Made by a program: the position numbers and the translations under genes
The notes under the pieces: generated by a model
The model's input: the letters and a program-made list of their open reading frames with translations, nothing else
Database searches by the model: none
What the model was told of the DNA's origin: nothing
Shown: in pieces, positions 9,646 to 19,930 of the stretch
Layout of the letters: each line of letters opens with the position of its first letter
Position numbering within the stretch: position 1 is the stretch's first letter
Source: Candidatus Kuenenia stuttgartensis
Lineage (GTDB): Bacteria > Planctomycetota > Planctomycetia > Pirellulales > UBA1268
Assembly (NCBI GenBank): GCA_945865325.1
Contig: CAMBFA010000001.1
Location: 6,645 to 70,644 of the forward strand
DNA length: 64,000 nucleotides
Direction of reading: 5' to 3'

Positions 9646-11007
9646 TCAGGACTTCTCCAGCAATCCGGTGTAATTTCGCATCACGAGATGACTGTCGATC
9701 TTTTGAACCAGATCGAAGGCCACGCTGACGGCGATCAACAGGCCTGTGCCGCCGTAGAATCCGGCAATCGACGGTGGGATCCCGAGAAAGCCGGCGACAA
9801 TCGTGGGGATGATGGCGACGAGCGCAAGGAAGCCAGCACCGACATACGTGATCCGCTCCATGACTCGTTCGAGGTAATCGGCCGTCCGCTTGCCAGGGCG
9901 ATAACCAGGGATGAAAGCGCCGAAGTTTTTGAGATTGTCGGCGACTTCCTTCGGGTTAAAGGTAATCGCAGTCCAGAAATAGCAGAAGAAGAAAATCAGC
10001 GCGACATAGAGGAGGTTGTAGAGGAACGATTGCCCCCTCGTGAACGAATCCTGCAGCGCCCCGAGCACCATATTCCCAGGAAAGGCGGTGGCGAGATACT
10101 GAAAGATCATTTGCGGAAAGAGGAGGAGAGAGCTGGCGAAGATGATCGGCATGACCCCGGCCTGATTGACCTTGAGCGGCAGGTATTGCCTCGTGCCGCC
10201 GTACACCCGCCGACCGCGGACATGTTTTGCGCTCTGCGTTGGGATTCGCCGTTGCCCCTGGGTCATGAAGACCACGCCGGCCACGACACTGACAAACAGC
10301 GCGATGAGCACGAGAACCGTTTCAATCCCCATCTTCCCGCCGCCGCCGCCGATCTCCCAATTCGTGTCCTCGGCGAGTTGCAAAAGCGCACTCGGCATAC
10401 TGGCAAGAATGCCCGCCATGATCAGAAGGCTGATGCCGTTACCAATGCCGAATTCGTCAATCTGCTCGCCGAGCCACATCAGAAAGATGGTGCCGGCCGT
10501 CATCGTCATGACCGCCACGAACTGCCAGATCAGCGGCAGTTTGCCATCGACGAGGAAGCTTGACTGGATGAGCGGCGTGTCACCGACGCTCGTGTTGGCG
10601 AGGAACGCTACATAAGCCCAGCTCTGCACCAGACAGATCAGGACCGTTGCGTAACGGGTGTACTCGTTGATCTTCTTCCGCCCCGCCTCTCCCTCTTTGG
10701 TGAGCCGCTCAAGCGGAGGCCAAACAGTACCGAGCAGTTGGAAGATGATCGAAGCCGAGATGTAGGGCATGATCCCGAGGCCGAAGATCGTCGCCTGGGA
10801 AAGTTGGCTGGCAGAGAAGACGGCGACCGTCTTGAGGATGTCTGCAAAGCCGCCCGACTCCTTGCCGAACGACGCCATCGCCGTCGGATCGATGATTGGC
10901 AGCGGAACCTGCCAGCCGACCCGATAAATCGCCAAGAGACCGAGCGTAAGGAGGATCTTCTGCCGGAGTTCCGGAATGGTGAAGATGATGCGAAGTTTTT
11001 CAAGCAC
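9646..11007 (-). CDS. secY: Preprotein translocase subunit SecY
   Basis: Polytopic membrane protein with SecY signatures (LGIMPYISASIIFQLL, NQAGVMPIIFASS). GTG at 11007 is preceded by AAGGAG 8 nt upstream; the track ORF extends to 11046. Confidence 0.93.
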   Translation of the reverse strand: MLEKLRIIFTIPELRQKILLTLGLLAIYRVGWQVPLPIIDPTAMASFGKESGGFADILKTVAVFSASQLSQATIFGLGIMPYISASIIFQLLGTVWPPLERLTKEGEAGRKKINEYTRYATVLICLVQSWAYVAFLANTSVGDTPLIQSSFLVDGKLPLIWQFVAVMTMTAGTIFLMWLGEQIDEFGIGNGISLLIMAGILASMPSALLQLAEDTNWEIGGGGGKMGIETVLVLIALFVSVVAGVVFMTQGQRRIPTQSAKHVRGRRVYGGTRQYLPLKVNQAGVMPIIFASSLLLFPQMIFQYLATAFPGNMVLGALQDSFTRGQSFLYNLLYVALIFFFCYFWTAITFNPKEVADNLKNFGAFIPGYRPGKRTADYLERVMERITYVGAGFLALVAIIPTIVAGFLGIPPSIAGFYGGTGLLIAVSVAFDLVQKIDSHLVMRNYTGLLEKS

Positions 11008-11137
11008 GAGAACGACTCCTTTGCTCCCTCCGACCCAGCTGCCCAAACGCCTCCCGGTCGCAGGCCATATCCCTAGGCGGCAGGTCTCCCAAGACGCCCC
11101 ACCGAAGCATCGGTCTGCCGGCCCGGAAAACCCACAA

Positions 11138-11644
11138 CTACGCCTTCGCCGTTTTCGGCTTCACAACTTTCTTTTGCCGCTTCACGACCGGTGCCGGTCC
11201 GGGTAGATCGGTGACAGTGCCACCGGCTGCGAGGATCTTCTCGCGGGCCTGGGCACTAAAGTGGTGAGCCGACACCTTGAGTGCCTTCGAGATCACCCCT
11301 TCCCCAAGAATCTTGATCGAGTCCCAGATCCCCTTGGCAAGCCCACAGGCCCGCAGCGATTCGGGAGTGACATCAGCGCCGACCACGAAACGGGCCTCAA
11401 TATCGTCGACGTTGACACACGTCACGATCCTGCCGTGACGGTTGTGAAACCCCCGCTTGGGAATCTGTCGGATGAGAGGCATCCTCGCCCCCTCGAAGAT
11501 CCCGGCGGCGCTCCAACCGGCCAACTGTCCCTGCCCCTTGTGGCCGCGACCCGACGTCTTTCCGCGCCCCGAACCGGGCCCGCGACCGATCCGCAGCCGA
11601 CGGCGGTTCTTGTGAATACCCTGATTGACGTCGTTGACCTTCAT
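11138..11644 (-). CDS. rplO: 50S ribosomal protein L15
   Basis: MKVNDVNQGIHKNRRRLRIGRGPGSGRGKTSGRGHKGQ is canonical L15. Confidence 0.94.
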   Translation of the reverse strand: MKVNDVNQGIHKNRRRLRIGRGPGSGRGKTSGRGHKGQGQLAGWSAAGIFEGARMPLIRQIPKRGFHNRHGRIVTCVNVDDIEARFVVGADVTPESLRACGLAKGIWDSIKILGEGVISKALKVSAHHFSAQAREKILAAGGTVTDLPGPAPVVKRQKKVVKPKTAKA

Positions 11645-11789
11645 CGAAACACCCTCTCATCGAAGGATCTGAAAAGGCACCGCAACGGCGCCACCAGCAG
11701 ATCGGGATCGTAACGCGAGCGGTACCAGTGCCACCCAGCCGTTTTATTTTTCGTCTCGTCGCCCCGCCCATTCCTCGCCAGAGGGCGAG

Positions 11790-12374
11790 TCAGGAGAGCG
11801 TGATTCCCCGCAGCCGCTCGACTTCGCCCCTCGTCCGCAGTTGCTTCAGGCCGTCGAGCGCTGCCTTGACGAGATTGACGGGGTTCGTCGAACCGTGGGC
11901 CTTCGTCAGCACGTCGCGGATACCGGCCGACTCGCACACTGCCCGGACGGCCGCACCGGCGATGATTCCGGTGCCGGGGCTAGCGGGGAGCATGATGACC
12001 TTCGAAGTGCCGCTGTTTCCCTCGACGCGATGGGGGATCGTACCGGACTCGATCGGAACCTCAATCAGGTTCTTCATCCCGTCCTTGATTGCCTTCTCAA
12101 CCGCCGGGGGCACTTCGTTGGCCTTGGCGTAGCCGCAACCAACCTTCCCGCGTCCATTTCCGACAACGACGAGCCCGGCGAAACTGAATCGTCGCCCACC
12201 TTTGACAACGGTGGCACACCGTCGAACTTTGACGACTTTTTCGGCGAACTCCCCGCCGCGCTCCCCCCCGCGATGATCGCGGGAGTCACCTCCACGGCCC
12301 TGATTGCTGCTAGTCGACACGGTCTTCGATGCTCCGGATGGTTTGGCTGGGTGTCTCGTTCCCTCCCGATCCAC
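11790..12374 (-). CDS. rpsE: 30S ribosomal protein S5 (with N-terminal Arg/Gly-rich extension)
   Basis: EKVVKVRRCATVVKGGRRFSFAGLVVVGNGRGKVGCGYAKANEVPPAVEKA is the S5 core, preceded by about 40 extra residues. Confidence 0.93.
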   Translation of the reverse strand: MDREGTRHPAKPSGASKTVSTSSNQGRGGDSRDHRGGERGGEFAEKVVKVRRCATVVKGGRRFSFAGLVVVGNGRGKVGCGYAKANEVPPAVEKAIKDGMKNLIEVPIESGTIPHRVEGNSGTSKVIMLPASPGTGIIAGAAVRAVCESAGIRDVLTKAHGSTNPVNLVKAALDGLKQLRTRGEVERLRGITLS

Positions 12375-12403
12375 GCCGGCGGGACGAGGGACGTGTGTCT
12401 GGG

Positions 12404-12772
12404 TCAGAACTCGAGGCCTGCGGCCCGGGCAGCATCGGCCAACGCCGCGACCCTGCCATGGTAGCGGAACTCACCCCGATCGAAGCAGACTTTCTTCAGG
12501 CCGGCGGCCTGGGCACGCTCGGCCACCGCCCGCCCGATTGCCTCGGCAGCCTGCTTATTGCCACCGAAACCGACCGTGTCCCGGATCTGCTTGTCGAGCG
12601 TGCTGGCCGAAACCAACGTCCGACCGGCAGCGTCATCGATGATCTGGGCGTAGATGTGCTTGTCCGTGCGGAACACGGCCAATCTGGGCCGCTCCGCAGT
12701 GCCGCGAATATGCCGGCGGACACGGAAACGGCGGCGCATCCGCTGCCGGAGAATCGTGCGGGCGTGGTCCAT
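12404..12772 (-). CDS. rplR: 50S ribosomal protein L18
   Basis: [34 protein letters not shown] is canonical L18. Confidence 0.94.
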   Translation of the reverse strand: MDHARTILRQRMRRRFRVRRHIRGTAERPRLAVFRTDKHIYAQIIDDAAGRTLVSASTLDKQIRDTVGFGGNKQAAEAIGRAVAERAQAAGLKKVCFDRGEFRYHGRVAALADAARAAGLEF

Positions 12773-12838
12773 GGAAGCGTGACTGCGGGAGGTGGGGGGA
12801 TAATAACGTGGACGGCATCAACCGGTGCGTTCAGGGGA

Positions 12839-13384
12839 TCACTTTGTGACCGCTTTGCCAGCCTTACGGCGAACCTGCTCGTTCTCGTACCGAATCCCCT
12901 TGCCCTTGTAGGGCTCGGGCTTGCGTCGAGCACGGACTTCTGCGGCGAATTGACCGACCAGATGCTTGTCGATGCCCTTGACAACGATGTGGGTCTGATC
13001 AGGGCAAATGACCGTCAGCCCGGCCGGTATCGGGAGTTGTAGTTCGTTGGCAAAACCGACGCGGAGTTGGAGGGTGTTCTTTTGGATCGCGGCGATGTAA
13101 CCGACACCGACAATCTCGAGCTTCTTTTCGTAGCCCTTCGAGACGCCCTCGACCATGTTTGCCGCGAGGGCACGCGTAAGACCGTGAACGGCTCGCGAAG
13201 TGCGGTCATCATCACCGCGGGTAACCTTCAACAGACCGTCCGCGGGATCGATAGCGATCTTCACGGCCGGGTGTATGGTGTGCTCGAGTTTTCCGAGCGG
13301 CCCCTCGACCTTGAGCGTGGCACCGTCAACGGCCACCTTAACGCCCTTGGGAATCTGTACCGGAGCTTTGCCGATCCGCGACAT
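12839..13384 (-). CDS. rplF: 50S ribosomal protein L6
   Basis: MSRIGKAPVQIPKGVKVAVDGATLKVEGPLGKL is canonical L6. Confidence 0.95.
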   Translation of the reverse strand: MSRIGKAPVQIPKGVKVAVDGATLKVEGPLGKLEHTIHPAVKIAIDPADGLLKVTRGDDDRTSRAVHGLTRALAANMVEGVSKGYEKKLEIVGVGYIAAIQKNTLQLRVGFANELQLPIPAGLTVICPDQTHIVVKGIDKHLVGQFAAEVRARRKPEPYKGKGIRYENEQVRRKAGKAVTK

Positions 13385-13504
13385 GTCCTCGACCTTTCGT
13401 TACGAACCCGGCCCGTATCCGGACCCGCCCCACATCGAACCCCGAATCCTGCTGCCCGAAACGCTCCGGGCCATCCCCTGTACGTCGCCACAGCAGCTCA
13501 TTTC

Positions 13505-13900
13505 TCACCACAACTCGCAGAGAACCTCACCGCCGAGTTTCCGCTGCCGGGCTTCCCGGTCGCTGACAACCCCGCTACTGGTCGACAGGATCGAAATCCC
13601 CAAGCCTCCCAGAATCGGACGGAGCCGAACCGAACGGCTGTAAACCCGGCGTCCCGGCGAGCTAACGCGCCGGATGTGACGGATGAGACGCTCACCGTTG
13701 GGGCCGTATTTGAGCTCGATCTGCAGTTTCGCTGCAGGCTCCGCCTCGACTTCCTTCCAGTCCCAGATGTACCCCTCACGCTTCAGTACGTCCGCCACGC
13801 CGCGCTTCACCTTGGAGCTCGGAACCTCCACGATGGCGCGTTCGACTCGCACCGCGTTGCGGATGCGGGTGAGCATGTCGGCGATCGGATCGGTCATCAT
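13505..13900 (-). CDS. rpsH: 30S ribosomal protein S8
   Basis: MMTDPIADMLTRIRNA starts at ATG 13900; the track ORF extends to 13945. Confidence 0.93.
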   Translation of the reverse strand: MMTDPIADMLTRIRNAVRVERAIVEVPSSKVKRGVADVLKREGYIWDWKEVEAEPAAKLQIELKYGPNGERLIRHIRRVSSPGRRVYSRSVRLRPILGGLGISILSTSSGVVSDREARQRKLGGEVLCELW

Positions 13901-14006
13901 GTCGAGAGAGCCCTTTCGAAACTGTGAACCCTGCCAGCGAACCATTCTGCCTTCGGTATCCCGGATGCCCGCCTTCTCCGGCGGTCAACACCCCTCCGGG
14001 CCGTGG

Positions 14007-14192
14007 TCACCAACTTGCCTTCCTCACACCGGGGATGACCCCCTGGTCGGCCAGTTTCCGGAAACAGATCCGGCAGAGACCGAACTTACGGTAAACCGCC
14101 CTCGGTCGTCCGCACAGCATGCAGCGCTGCACTTGACGGGTTGAGAACTTCGGCGGCCGCTTGGCCATCGCGATCTTTGACTTGCTTGCCAT
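14007..14192 (-). CDS. rpsZ: 30S ribosomal protein S14 type Z (zinc-binding, 61 aa)
   Basis: [61 protein letters not shown], with CxxC...CxxC. Confidence 0.94.
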   Translation of the reverse strand: MASKSKIAMAKRPPKFSTRQVQRCMLCGRPRAVYRKFGLCRICFRKLADQGVIPGVRKASW

Positions 14193-14299
14193 AGATGATT
14201 CCAACGACGGGCCGCCGCAACGGCCGCAACTGATGTTCCTGATTCGTACCCCACGACGATCGTCGTGACCGTACGAACCAATCGGTACCGACCGTGCCG

Positions 14300-14929
14300 C
14301 TACGCCGCGGCACCCTCATCCCCATCCTTTTTCAACGGAACACCCATAGCACGGAGAAAAAGCCTCGCCTCGTCGTCATTCTTCGCCGACGTGACGAGCG
14401 TGATATTCATTCCCTGCGGCCGCGTGTACTTGTCCGGATTGATCTCCGGAAACACCATCTGTTCGGAGAGCCCGAGGCTGTAATTCCCATGACCATCAAA
14501 AGCCGTGCTCGAGAGGCCACGGAAATCGCGGACACGGGGAAGGGCCAGCGACACGAGTCGATCGAGGAACTCATACATCCGACGGCCGCGAAGCGTGACC
14601 TTGCATCCGATGGGAAGGTTTTCGCGGAGCTTGAATCCGGAAACCGCCACCTTTGAAAGAGTTGCCACGGGCTTCTGCCCCGACACCTGGGTCAGTGCCC
14701 CGATCGCCTCCTCGAGATATTTCTTCTCGGAGACCGCTATGCCGACCCCCATGTTGATCACGATCTTCTCGAGCCGGGGAATCGCATGGGCATTCGTGCG
14801 ATCGAGGGCCTCGCGGAGCGCAGGCTGGACCGTCTTGAGGTAGTGCTCGAGCATGCGTGGGGTTTCCAACGCACCCGTCGCCGCGTTGGCGCCGGTCTCC
14901 GCTGCAGTCGCCTTGGTCTTCTTGGCCAT
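14300..14929 (-). CDS. rplE: 50S ribosomal protein L5 (N- and C-terminally extended)
   Basis: Core [14 protein letters not shown]...[22 protein letters not shown] 14929 (MAKKTKAT...) is preceded by AAGGA; the track ORF extends to 15034. Confidence 0.92.
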   Translation of the reverse strand: MAKKTKATAAETGANAATGALETPRMLEHYLKTVQPALREALDRTNAHAIPRLEKIVINMGVGIAVSEKKYLEEAIGALTQVSGQKPVATLSKVAVSGFKLRENLPIGCKVTLRGRRMYEFLDRLVSLALPRVRDFRGLSSTAFDGHGNYSLGLSEQMVFPEINPDKYTRPQGMNITLVTSAKNDDEARLFLRAMGVPLKKDGDEGAAA

Positions 14930-15081
14930 CACAACCGTCCTTTTGATTGTCTTGCCCGACACGCTCGTCGGCACGTTTTCAACCCACCAGGTGGCGGACT
15001 TCGACCGCCAGAGCCTCATCACCGCCAACCGCACGCCGGCCGCACAAACTCAAGCAGAGTCTGGTGGCCGAGTAGCGACGA

Positions 15082-15420
15082 TCACTTTGCAGCCTTCGCC
15101 GCCCTGATCTTCCCGTTGTCTGCGCCACACTTCTTACACATCCGGACCCGTCCGCCATCAGCGAGCACCTTGATGCCGAGCCTCGCGGCTTGGTCGCATC
15201 CGCCACAAACCACAAGAACATTCGATGCGTCGATCGGCATCTCTTTGCTCAACCGCCCCCCCTGAGGGTTCTTCTGGCTGCGCTTCATATGCCGATACAC
15301 GCGATTGACGCCCTCAACCACGATCTTCCCGTCGGCGCGCCGCACAGAAAGGACCTTGGATCGGGTCCCTTTCGCGTTGCCCGTCTTGACCTCAACCATG
15401 TCACCGGAACGAATCAACAT
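15082..15420 (-). CDS. rplX: 50S ribosomal protein L24
   Basis: [26 protein letters not shown] has a KOW motif. Its start codon overlaps the rplN stop codon by 1 nt. Confidence 0.93.
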   Translation of the reverse strand: MLIRSGDMVEVKTGNAKGTRSKVLSVRRADGKIVVEGVNRVYRHMKRSQKNPQGGRLSKEMPIDASNVLVVCGGCDQAARLGIKVLADGGRVRMCKKCGADNGKIRAAKAAK

Positions 15421-15788
15421 CAGACCACCTCGCTCGCCAGGCTGACGATCTTCATGAAACTACGATCCCGCAACTCGCGGGCGACGGCACCGAAAATACG
15501 AGTGCCCTTCGGATTTTTGTCGTTGTCGATGATCACGCAGGCGTTCGTATCAAAACGCACGTAGCTGCCATCATCCCGCCGGGTCGGCTGTTTGCAGCGG
15601 ACAATAACCGCCTTGACGACGGCCTTCTTCTTGACGTCGCTCCCCGGAATAACACTCTTCACGCTGCAGACGATTATGTCGCCAATTCCAGCGGTACGCT
15701 TCTTGCTCCCCCCGAGCACCTTGAAGCACATAACTTCCTTGGCGCCGGTGTTGTCCGCAACGACCAACCTCGATTGCATCTGGATCAT
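15420..15788 (-). CDS. rplN: 50S ribosomal protein L14
   Basis: [28 protein letters not shown] is canonical L14. Confidence 0.96.
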   Translation of the reverse strand: MIQMQSRLVVADNTGAKEVMCFKVLGGSKKRTAGIGDIIVCSVKSVIPGSDVKKKAVVKAVIVRCKQPTRRDDGSYVRFDTNACVIIDNDKNPKGTRIFGAVARELRDRSFMKIVSLASEVV

Positions 15789-16147
15789 TTCGAGGCTCCT
15801 TCCCCGGTCTTAAGACCGGTCGCCGACGCTTCTTCAGCCTTGGCGGCCGACTCGTTGAACTGGGTCGCCCGGGCACCGCTTCGCAGCGCCGCAACGTCGA
15901 CAGCCGTGCTCTTCGTGACCACCCGCACCAGTTCCCAGCGCTTCAGCCGGCTCCGCGGCCGGCATTCGATGATCTCGACGAGATCACCGGGGGCCGACGT
16001 TTCGTCCTCGTCGTGGACGTGGCAGATCGTCCGCCGGTGGAGAATACGACCGTATTTGTTGTGCCGCACGACACGCGGAATCTCCACGCGTCGCGTCTTG
16101 CTCGACGCGGCACTGGTCACCGTGCCTGTTTCGACTCGCCTTGGCAT
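15785..16147 (-). CDS. rpsQ: 30S ribosomal protein S17 (C-terminally extended)
   Basis: [45 protein letters not shown]; 4-nt overlap with rplN. Confidence 0.93.
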   Translation of the reverse strand: MPRRVETGTVTSAASSKTRRVEIPRVVRHNKYGRILHRRTICHVHDEDETSAPGDLVEIIECRPRSRLKRWELVRVVTKSTAVDVAALRSGARATQFNESAAKAEEASATGLKTGEGASK

Positions 16148-16264
16148 GACTTCTTCCTGTCTGACTGCTACCCGCCCGGTTCAGATCCCTGCTGCTCCGT
16201 TGCCCCCGCGATACGCTGACCGCGGAAACCGACGCCCATCCACCGCTGTTGTCACCCGTCGCCG

Positions 16265-16639
16265 TTACTTACCGCTCTGCGTGCGCTTTTTAGCTTGCCG
16301 TTTCGTCGCCACGCCAGCCTTTCCGGAGGACTGGACTTTGGCCCGGCCAATCGCCCGCTTCTTCTTTCCATGCTTGTCATGAAGGCCGGCATCGTGCTCG
16401 ACCTTTGACTCCGCCGGCGCCCCATCGGGGCCGGCAGCCGGTGCCACCAAACTTCCGCGCTGCGCGAGAATCGTCTGACAACGCGCGATCGATCGCCGCT
16501 GTTTCCGAACGTCGGTGGGAGCCGACAGCTTTTCCGTCTGGGCCTGCAAGCGGAGCTTAAAAAGCGTCTCGGCCGAGTCTTTCCAGACCAGGCGGATCTG
16601 CTCGTCGCTCATCTCACGAAGTTCGCGTGCTTTGCTCAT
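16265..16639 (-). CDS. rpmC: 50S ribosomal protein L29 with ~60-aa Lys-rich C-terminal extension
   Basis: MSKARELREMSDEQIRLVWKDSAETLFKLRLQAQTEKL starts at ATG 16639, followed by a tail ...DKHGKKKRAIGRAKVQSSGKAGVATKRQAKKRTQSGK. Confidence 0.9.
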   Translation of the reverse strand: MSKARELREMSDEQIRLVWKDSAETLFKLRLQAQTEKLSAPTDVRKQRRSIARCQTILAQRGSLVAPAAGPDGAPAESKVEHDAGLHDKHGKKKRAIGRAKVQSSGKAGVATKRQAKKRTQSGK

Positions 16640-16755
16640 GTCTGCTGCCCAGGAATACGCTGTCGTCGAAACCGTGCCTTGGCTCCCGGTAACCACCCCG
16701 GGGGTCCTACCGAATCACCACACCACTATCCACCAAATCCGGGTCGCCCCGGAGC

Positions 16756-17172
16756 TTACATCACCCGCCGCCTCACAAACCGAACGCGCACCGGCATTTT
16801 GTGGGCAAGGCGTGCCAGGCACACCCGTGCTGCCTCCTCCGAAACACCACCGATCTCATACAACACCGTTCCCGGCTTGATCACGGCTGCCCAGAACTCA
16901 GGCTCACCCTTCCCCTTACCCATTCGAGTTTCGAGGGGGATGGACGTGATCGACTTGTGGGGAAAAACGCGCACATAAAGCCTGCCCTCATTGCGGAGGT
17001 ACTGACTGGCCGCAATGCGACCGGCCTCGATCGTCGCGGCCGCCAGCCAACCCGGCTGTTCGGCTTGTAGGCCGAAGTCACCGAAGACGACGCGGTTGCC
17101 GCGAGAGGCATCACCTCTTATACGACCTCTTTGGCTTTTTCGGTGCTTGACCCTCTTGGGCATCAGCGCCAT
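16756..17172 (-). CDS. rplP: 50S ribosomal protein L16
   Basis: MALMPKRVKHRKSQRGRIRGDASRGNRVVFGDFGLQA is a canonical L16 N-terminus at ATG 17172. The track ORF runs on to 17334 inside rpsC. Confidence 0.93.
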   Translation of the reverse strand: MALMPKRVKHRKSQRGRIRGDASRGNRVVFGDFGLQAEQPGWLAAATIEAGRIAASQYLRNEGRLYVRVFPHKSITSIPLETRMGKGKGEPEFWAAVIKPGTVLYEIGGVSEEAARVCLARLAHKMPVRVRFVRRRVM

Positions 17173-17806
17173 CGCCGCTCTCCTCGTACATGCCTTGGTT
17201 GACCCACACTTGAACGCCGATGTTGCCCTGCGCGGTGGGAGCCTCGCAGAACCCGTAATCAATCTTCGCCCGAATCGTCGAAAGGGGCATCGACCCCGCA
17301 ATTCCCTTCTCACACCGCGACATCTCGGCACCACCGAGCCTGCCGGCGAGTTGGATCTTCACCCCCCTGGCTCCCGCGTCCATGGTGGTGTCGATGGCCC
17401 GCTTCATCGTCCGGCGGAAAGCCGCCCGCTTCGACAGTTGATCGCAGATGTCTTCAGCAATCAGTTGCGCCTGAATCTCCGGTCTCGCTACTTCCTCCAC
17501 CTTCAGGTTCACCCGGCGCCCCAAAAGCTGCTGGAGCTCGTCCTGAAGACGATCGACTTCCTGCCCCTTGCGCCCAATGAGCACGCCCGGCCGAGCCGAA
17601 TGGAGAATAACCTTAACTTCGTCACGCGTTCGTTCGATTTCAATCTTCGGAATGGCAGCTGCACGGTACTTCGTCTTGATGAACTTCCGGACCTTGAAAT
17701 CCTCCAAGAGGAGGACACGGAAGTCCTTCTTCGATGCATACCAACGGCTCTTCCACGGCTCGGTGATTCCGGTACGAAAACCGATTGGGTTGACCTTCTG
17801 TCCCAT
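17111..17806 (-). CDS. rpsC: 30S ribosomal protein S3
   Basis: MGQKVNPIGFRTGITEPWKSRWYA, KH domain, acidic/basic C-terminal tail ending KKPKRSYKR. Confidence 0.95.
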   Translation of the reverse strand: MGQKVNPIGFRTGITEPWKSRWYASKKDFRVLLLEDFKVRKFIKTKYRAAAIPKIEIERTRDEVKVILHSARPGVLIGRKGQEVDRLQDELQQLLGRRVNLKVEEVARPEIQAQLIAEDICDQLSKRAAFRRTMKRAIDTTMDAGARGVKIQLAGRLGGAEMSRCEKGIAGSMPLSTIRAKIDYGFCEAPTAQGNIGVQVWVNQGMYEESGDGADAQEGQAPKKPKRSYKR

Positions 17807-17893
17807 GAACTCGTTCCTGCTTGTGTCTTGCCCAGCTCTGTGCCCCGCGGTATCCCGCGAAGATAAACCGATCCGTTCACCGAACGTCGACGA

Positions 17894-18232
17894 TCATTCC
17901 GCCGGGGCTTCCAGTGCCACTTTGATGTGGGACATCCGCCGTTTGATTCCGAACGCCATGCCACGGGCACGAGGACGGATTCGTTTGAACATCGGACCGC
18001 CGTCGACCCGGGCATCGATGACAACAAGATCGTCGACAGCAGGAGCCTGTTGATGCTCCGCATTCCCGAGAGCACTCTTGATCACTTTCTCGAGCATCCG
18101 CGCACCACGATGGGGCTGGAAACGGAGAATGTCGAGGGCCTCGTCGGCGAACTTGCCGCGTACAAGATCGGCCAGCGCCCGCACCTTGCGAGGGCTGATC
18201 CGAGCGAACTTGTGAATTGCCGTATACGCCAT
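17894..18232 (-). CDS. rplV: 50S ribosomal protein L22
   Basis: FARISPRKVRALADLVRGKFADEALDILRFQPHRGARMLEKVIKSALGNAE is canonical L22. Confidence 0.94.
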   Translation of the reverse strand: MAYTAIHKFARISPRKVRALADLVRGKFADEALDILRFQPHRGARMLEKVIKSALGNAEHQQAPAVDDLVVIDARVDGGPMFKRIRPRARGMAFGIKRRMSHIKVALEAPAE

Positions 18233-18285
18233 TGATCACCTTGCTCCGATTTCAGGCATCCAGACGGAAGCCCGAACAAGCCGCA

Positions 18286-18564
18286 TCACTTCGCCGCTTC
18301 CTTGACCTTACCACCATGCCCGCGGAACGTCCGCGTAGGGGAAAACTCGCCCAGCTTGTGACCGACCATGTCCTCGGTGACAAACACCTTCAGGTGCTGC
18401 TTGCCGTTGTGGACCATGAACGTTAAGCCGATGAACTCGGGAACAATGGTGCAGGCACGCGACCAGGTCTTGATCGGATCGCGCTTGCTGCCAGCCAGTT
18501 GTGTCTCGACCTTCTCATAGAGCCGGGGGTCAATGTACGGCCCCTTTTTAGAACTGCGTCCCAT
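18286..18564 (-). CDS. rpsS: 30S ribosomal protein S19
   Basis: [19 protein letters not shown]...[19 protein letters not shown]. Confidence 0.95.
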   Translation of the reverse strand: MGRSSKKGPYIDPRLYEKVETQLAGSKRDPIKTWSRACTIVPEFIGLTFMVHNGKQHLKVFVTEDMVGHKLGEFSPTRTFRGHGGKVKEAAK

Positions 18565-18689
18565 GGTCTATCCGAGCGACTGGCGCTCTCCCCTGCTGCT
18601 TCTTGAAAATTGTCTTGTCTGATGTCAACTGTGTTGTCCGAGATGTCTAACGCCCTGGATGGCTCTAAAGCCCCCGAGCGCGCCCCGGT

Positions 18690-19547
18690 CTATCGAAGCT
18701 TGAGCTGTCCATAACGACGGCTCTTCCGCCGACGGATGATCGCCGATCCGGAGGGCTTCCGCGGTTTCCGAGTTCCGCCCCCCTTAGCGCTCTTCCCCGT
18801 CGGGCTGACCGGGTGACGTCCACCCTTGGTTCGCCCTTCACCACCACCGTGCGGATGGTCGATCGGATTCATCGCCGTACCACGGACGGTGGGACGGATT
18901 CCCATCCAACGATTCCGGCCCGCCTTACCGATTACCACGTTCATGTGATCGGAATTGCCGATGGCTCCGATCGTGGCTCGACAGGCCGCCGGCACGCGGC
19001 GGATTTCGCCGCTCGGCAGCGTCAACTGCGCCCACTGCGCCTCGCGGGCGACCAGCACCGCCGAAGACCCAGCGGAGCGACACAATCGCCCGCCCCTACC
19101 AGCTTGGAGCTCGACGTTGTGAACTTGCATTCCCAGCGGGATGGCCGACATCGGCAAGCAGTTGCCCACCTCCGGCACAGCATCGGCACCGCTCTGAACC
19201 GTCGTCCCCACCTTCAATCCTTCGGGAGCGAGAATGAAGCGCTTCTCGCCGTCGGCGTAGACAACCAGTGCCACGCGACAGGTGCGGTTGGGGTCGTACT
19301 GAATCGAATCGATCTTCCCGGGAATGCCATCTTTGTTTCGACGGAAGTCGATCAATCGGTAGTGCTGCATGTGCCCGCCACCACGGTGGCGGGATGTGAT
19401 CTTGCCCTGATTGTTACGACCACCGGTCTTCTGCTTGCGGACGCGCAGATGCTTCGGCGCCTCGGCCCCGGGCGTGAGCTCCTTAAAATCGGAGACACTC
19501 GCCCCACGGCGGCCGGGACTAGTCGGGTTGTAATTGCGGATTCCCAT
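18690..19547 (-). CDS. rplB: 50S ribosomal protein L2
   Basis: 285 aa. [17 protein letters not shown]...[19 protein letters not shown] is canonical L2. Confidence 0.96.
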   Translation of the reverse strand: MGIRNYNPTSPGRRGASVSDFKELTPGAEAPKHLRVRKQKTGGRNNQGKITSRHRGGGHMQHYRLIDFRRNKDGIPGKIDSIQYDPNRTCRVALVVYADGEKRFILAPEGLKVGTTVQSGADAVPEVGNCLPMSAIPLGMQVHNVELQAGRGGRLCRSAGSSAVLVAREAQWAQLTLPSGEIRRVPAACRATIGAIGNSDHMNVVIGKAGRNRWMGIRPTVRGTAMNPIDHPHGGGEGRTKGGRHPVSPTGKSAKGGGTRKPRKPSGSAIIRRRKSRRYGQLKLR

Positions 19548-19606
19548 GGCTTCGGAAACTCTTGTGTCTTGTGGTTCGCGGTTGTCTGACTCGCTCGCTC
19601 AACCGA

Positions 19607-19927
19607 TCAAAACAGGTCAATCTTGAAGTCGGGCTTGAGGGTCACGATCGCCTTCTTCCAGGCCTTAGCGCTCGTGCGACGAGTCCGGCTGCGTCGCGCC
19701 TTACCGATGCGATTCTGGACGGCTACCTTCTCGACTTTGACGTTGAACATTTCTTCGACCGCACGACGGATGTCGGGCTTGGTTGCCTCCGTGACAACCT
19801 GAAAGGAGTACGCCCCATTTCGCTGGGCGCGATGCATTCCCTTCTCCGTGACGAGCGGGCGCACGATCACCTGGTGCGAACCGAGACGCGGATTCAGCTT
19901 CGGAGGGGGAGGGACGGGAACGGACAT
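19607..19927 (-). CDS. rplW: 50S ribosomal protein L23
   Basis: QVIVRPLVTEKGMHRAQRNGAYSFQV...DIRRAVEEMFNVKVEKV. Confidence 0.92.
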   Translation of the reverse strand: MSVPVPPPPKLNPRLGSHQVIVRPLVTEKGMHRAQRNGAYSFQVVTEATKPDIRRAVEEMFNVKVEKVAVQNRIGKARRSRTRRTSAKAWKKAIVTLKPDFKIDLF

Positions 19928-19930
19928 GAA

